A stretch of 55,075 nt of DNA, counting the filler, from Squatina squatina (lineage: Eukaryota): the NCBI GenBank assembly GCA_031763465.1. It is 3 parts of 2 records of this genome, joined end to end, with 100 filler letters (N's around TTAATTAATTAA, not from the genome) between each part and the next. Parts side by side here need not be neighbours in the genome. Positions count along the whole stretch, not along the records: positions 38,915 to 55,075 come from JARFOE010000234.1; 2 more parts are not named here. One strand, given 5' to 3'. The translations under genes and the position numbers were made by a program. The notes beneath the pieces were generated by a model, which was not told the DNA's origin, ran no database searches, and saw only the letters and a program-made list of their open reading frames with translations. This document shows positions 52,066 to 55,075 of this stretch, piece by piece (the stretch's first letter is position 1; the number at the start of each line of letters is the position of its first letter).

Positions 52066-52165
52066 NNNNNNNNNNNNNNNNNNNNNNNNNNNNNNNNNNN
52101 NNNNNNNNNNNNNNNNNNNNNNNNNNNNNNNNNNNNNNNNNNNNNNNNNNNNNNNNNNNNNNNNN

Positions 52166-52262
52166 CTGCTCCTATACTCAAATCCTCTTGCTATGAATAC
52201 CAACATGCCATTTGCTTTCTTCACTGCCTGCTGTACCTGCAAGCCTACTTTCAACGACTGGT
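52166..52262 (-). mobile_element. CR1 ORF2 fragment
   Basis: SLKVGLQVQQAVKKANGMLVFIARGFEYRS. Confidence 0.92.
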
Positions 52263-52559
52263 AGAGCCGTTTCATGTTCACTTGCTGCTGGAGTTATGAA
52301 GAGAACTTCTGAAACACATCGGGAGACTTTCTGGACACTTTGTCAAGATTTCACCAACACTCGAGCAACACTTATTCCGCAAATTCTCTGAAGAATTCAC
52401 CTAAAAAAGAGTAAGTGCTGTGCTACTCCACCTTATTGGACAGGAGTCATCAGGAGAAAGGGAGTGCTGGGTCATGGGCATCTTGCGAAGGGGCCATGGT
52501 CTAGATGAGGAATGGGAGGACATGAGGCTAGGCAGAGCAGCACCAGCTGCTGCAGGAGA

Positions 52560-52700
52560 GACAGGAAGGCGAGGTGTCCTTCCCTCCTGCAGGTACAGGA
52601 CATCCCTCCTCCTCTGGACTTCCTCCACCAGGACCTCTGGTTTTGCATGCGAGAACCTGTGTGCCCTCTCTCCCTCAGCCAACCTGCAACATGCCACTGT
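52560..52700 (-). pseudogene. Second decayed Harbinger Myb/SANT-like fragment (element ~52263-52874)
   Basis: EGERAHRFSHAKPEVLVEEVQRRRDVLY, homologous to 29979-30080; terminus GGGGTTATTTTGG at ~52874. Confidence 0.78.
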
Positions 52701-52887
52701 GTTGCAGCCAGCGCACCTCACACCTTCTGTGGAAGTGTGCGCGAAGAGCGCACTTCCAGGCAAATTCAAATTATGGTAATCAGCAATTCAGACCAAAATT
52801 GTGCGCTAAAATCTATGTCTATTATCAGTGCACCCATTTAGCGCCTGTTTTCACCCTTTGTCCAAAATAACCCCTATGCTTTTCCCA

Positions 52888-53738
52888 ATCCAGGTTGCAA
52901 TGTTAAATTTTAATTCTCCATCCCACTCCAACTCTGACCTCTCTGTCCTCAGTCTCTGACACTGACCCTCAGCGCAAGCTTGGTGAACAGCATCTCATCT
53001 TACTCCTAGGCACTTTACAGCCTTCATTCCTTAATATTGAATTTAACAACTTTATATCTTAACCACCACTCCAATTTTCTCTCAGACAACAGGTGCTGGT
53101 GGTGTGAAGCTTTGAGCTGCTGCTTACTGTGGGGATCCTCCATCAGTGCACGGCCTTTGGGGTAGTCTGTACTCCTGGGTTTACCTGCCTTTTTTACGAC
53201 ACACTCCCGAGCCACGGGTGCTTTCCTATCTTTGCTTTGCTTCCCTCCTCCTCTACTATTCTGCTGTAACCATTTACACCTCTGGATCTCACTATCACCT
53301 CACTTTGACTTGCTCCAGCATCAAATTTGTCATTTAATCACTCCTACCATCCACCCTATCACAGACCTCTCTCTTTTGTTCTTTCCCCATCTCCTCTTCC
53401 TTGGCTCTGTACTTGCTAAAATGCTGTTCATCTCTAACATCTTCCAGTTCTGATGAAAGGTCATCAACCGAAAATGTTGGGAATAATTTTAACTCGCTGG
53501 GCAGGAAACCCATGAGATCGGGTGGAACGCTGGCCCCACCTAGTATTACTGTCCATTGACTTTAACGGATGATGAAATCGAGCGGGATGTAAAATCACTG
53601 TCATATCTGATTCCATCAGTTTCCCGACAGGGGGGGAGTTTAGGTTAAAATTGCCCCATTATCTCTGTTTCTCTCTCTACAGATGCTGCTTGACCCGCTA
53701 AGTGTTTCGATCATTTTCTGCTTTTATTTCACATTTTA
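52888..53738 (+). mobile_element. Penelope-like element 3' part (GIY-YIG C-terminus plus hammerhead-containing terminal repeat), split by a MITE
   Basis: FNSPSHSNSDLSVL and QRKLGEQHLILLLGTLQPSFLNIEFNNF; CTGATGA..GAAA core at 53450-53473; terminal repeat resumes at 53658 and matches 562-630. Confidence 0.88.
53479..53657. mobile_element. ~180 bp MITE nested in the Penelope element
   Basis: Inverted termini GGGAATAATTTTAAC / GTTAAAATTGCCCC; removing it restores the Penelope sequence seen at 600-655. Confidence 0.75.
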
Positions 53739-54018
53739 TACACCNNNNNNNNNNNNNNNNNNNNNNNNNNNNNNNNNNNNNNNNNNNNNNNNNNNNNNNN
53801 NNNNNNNNNNNNNNNNNNNNNNNNNNNNNNNNNNNNNNNNNNNNATCCTCACTATCTCAACTACAAGGGGCACAGACATCAGTGTATCTGGTGCACAATT
53901 GGTTTAGCGTCCATCATCAAATGGACCACATTAAGGGCAATTAGGCCTCACTCTCCTCTGCCAAAACCACCCACTATTTGCTTCTTTTCTCCCCAAGCAT
54001 CTCCTTAAAATCCTCACC

Positions 54019-54085
54019 CCCTGCTTCCTCCACCCTCAAGTGCGAGGATCCAACCCTGCTTCCTCCACCCAACAAGTGCGAGGAT
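54019..54085. repeat. Two-copy ~35 bp tandem duplication
   Basis: CCCTGCTTCCTCCACCC(T/AA)CAAGTGCGAGGAT twice. Confidence 0.85.
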
Positions 54086-54600
54086 GGGTACCTGGGATTT
54101 GGACTATTGGCCTGAAAATGTGAAGTGTGATTTGTGCATCAGTGAGAACAAACCTCAGCCAGTTTTAAGTTGGTACACTATAAAGAATTACGCTCAGCTT
54201 AAGATCCATTATGATTTTGGTATAGATTTTCTATTTTTCCTGAAACATACAAGTTAACTAAAGTTTTTTGAATATTTCTACAATGTCTTTACCTTCCTGT
54301 TGTCTCACCCAAAAAACATCTTTCCTTACACTTACATTGCTAGGGACATAGCACTGATGACCACCAATGTCATGCTTTATGCTTCAACATTGGAAGCAAT
54401 TTATCTTTTCTTGAACACACTGAATATGCGAACAAGACCCATTGCATTCAACCAGAAGTGCTTTCAACTAGAAGTTCACTCATTCAGAAGTTCATAGTAA
54501 GTTAAACTTCAGCTAAATTCAATACACATTAAAAAAAATTCTGTTTATACATTGTACAAAATGTATATACAAGAATCTGTGAAGAGGGAAAAAGCCTTAC

Positions 54601-54651
54601 CTGGTAATCTCTCAACCCAACCAATATAATGTCTGACGTGTTTATCCAAAC
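54601..54651 (-). CDS. EIF1AX: Eukaryotic translation initiation factor 1A, isolated coding exon (51 bp, phase 0-0; equivalent to EIF1AX exon 4)
   Basis: Branch-like CTTAAC, acceptor ttttgcttcag, donor CAG|gtaagg; encodes VWINTSDIILVGLRDYQ, identical to the human eIF1A segment. Other exons not found in called bases, so a pseudogene or misplaced contig is not excluded. Confidence 0.85.
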
Positions 54652-55075
54652 CTGAAGCAAAATCATAGTTAAGTTACTCCCGGACCTGGTTAATATTTTA
54701 TGAACAAAATCCCCACTTAAAACAGATTCTAAACTGTTGCCGTTTAAAGAAACTAAATGGAAGTTTGTAGTATCCTGCAGCAAGGGATGTGCTCNNNNNN
54801 NNNNTACTCATCAAACACACATCTAAAGTTAGCCTTGCCTTTAACAGATACATTTTAGATCGGTTTTGAACTGATTTGCACTTGGCCCACATGTACGCTT
54901 GCCAAACAATGCAGGAGTTATTTCTTCATGGAAGCGTTGGGAGGAAGAGATGGTGATGTGTCAGAAGTACTGCCAGGAGGAGAGATCAGACAGGTCAGAA
55001 ATGGCAATGAGTTGGTCATTAAAGTACAATCCACTGGAACAGAAGTCAGTACATACGTCTGGTACATCTCTGAAT

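Noticed and set aside
185-54892. Supplied ORFs as protein-coding genes
   Set aside because: They are short, span N gaps, or are TE remnants. ORF 54529-54783 is intron read-through around the 51-bp eIF1A exon

Overview
Vertebrate genomic DNA from a gappy short-read assembly. The repeat repertoire (Deu-domain SINEs, CR1, L2, RTE, Penelope, Harbinger derivatives) points to a shark or other elasmobranch. None of the supplied ORFs is a complete gene. The real coding content is three short minus-strand exons with canonical splice sites: TBCA (tubulin folding cofactor A) exon 2 (5345-5450) and exon 3 (1831-1917), plus one isolated, intact eIF1A (EIF1AX-type) exon 4 (54601-54651). I could not find the neighbouring eIF1A exons, or TBCA exons 1 and 4, in the called bases. 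Most of the window is therefore probably TBCA intron 1 or upstream DNA. In human, TBCA lies just 5' of OTP, so TE-poor, TAAT-rich blocks (especially ~8-13 kb) are candidate developmental enhancers. A compact promoter-like cluster lies at ~49.0-49.2 kb. Two identical N44-TTAATTAATTAA-N44 spacers are artificial scaffold joins, so long-range adjacency (e.g. eIF1A next to TBCA) needs independent confirmation. I found no convincing evidence of a wholly new multi-gene system. The best leads are the orphan eIF1A exon, the promoter with a candidate first exon, the candidate enhancer cluster, two perfect TE-derived hairpins and a hammerhead-bearing Penelope element interrupted by a MITE.
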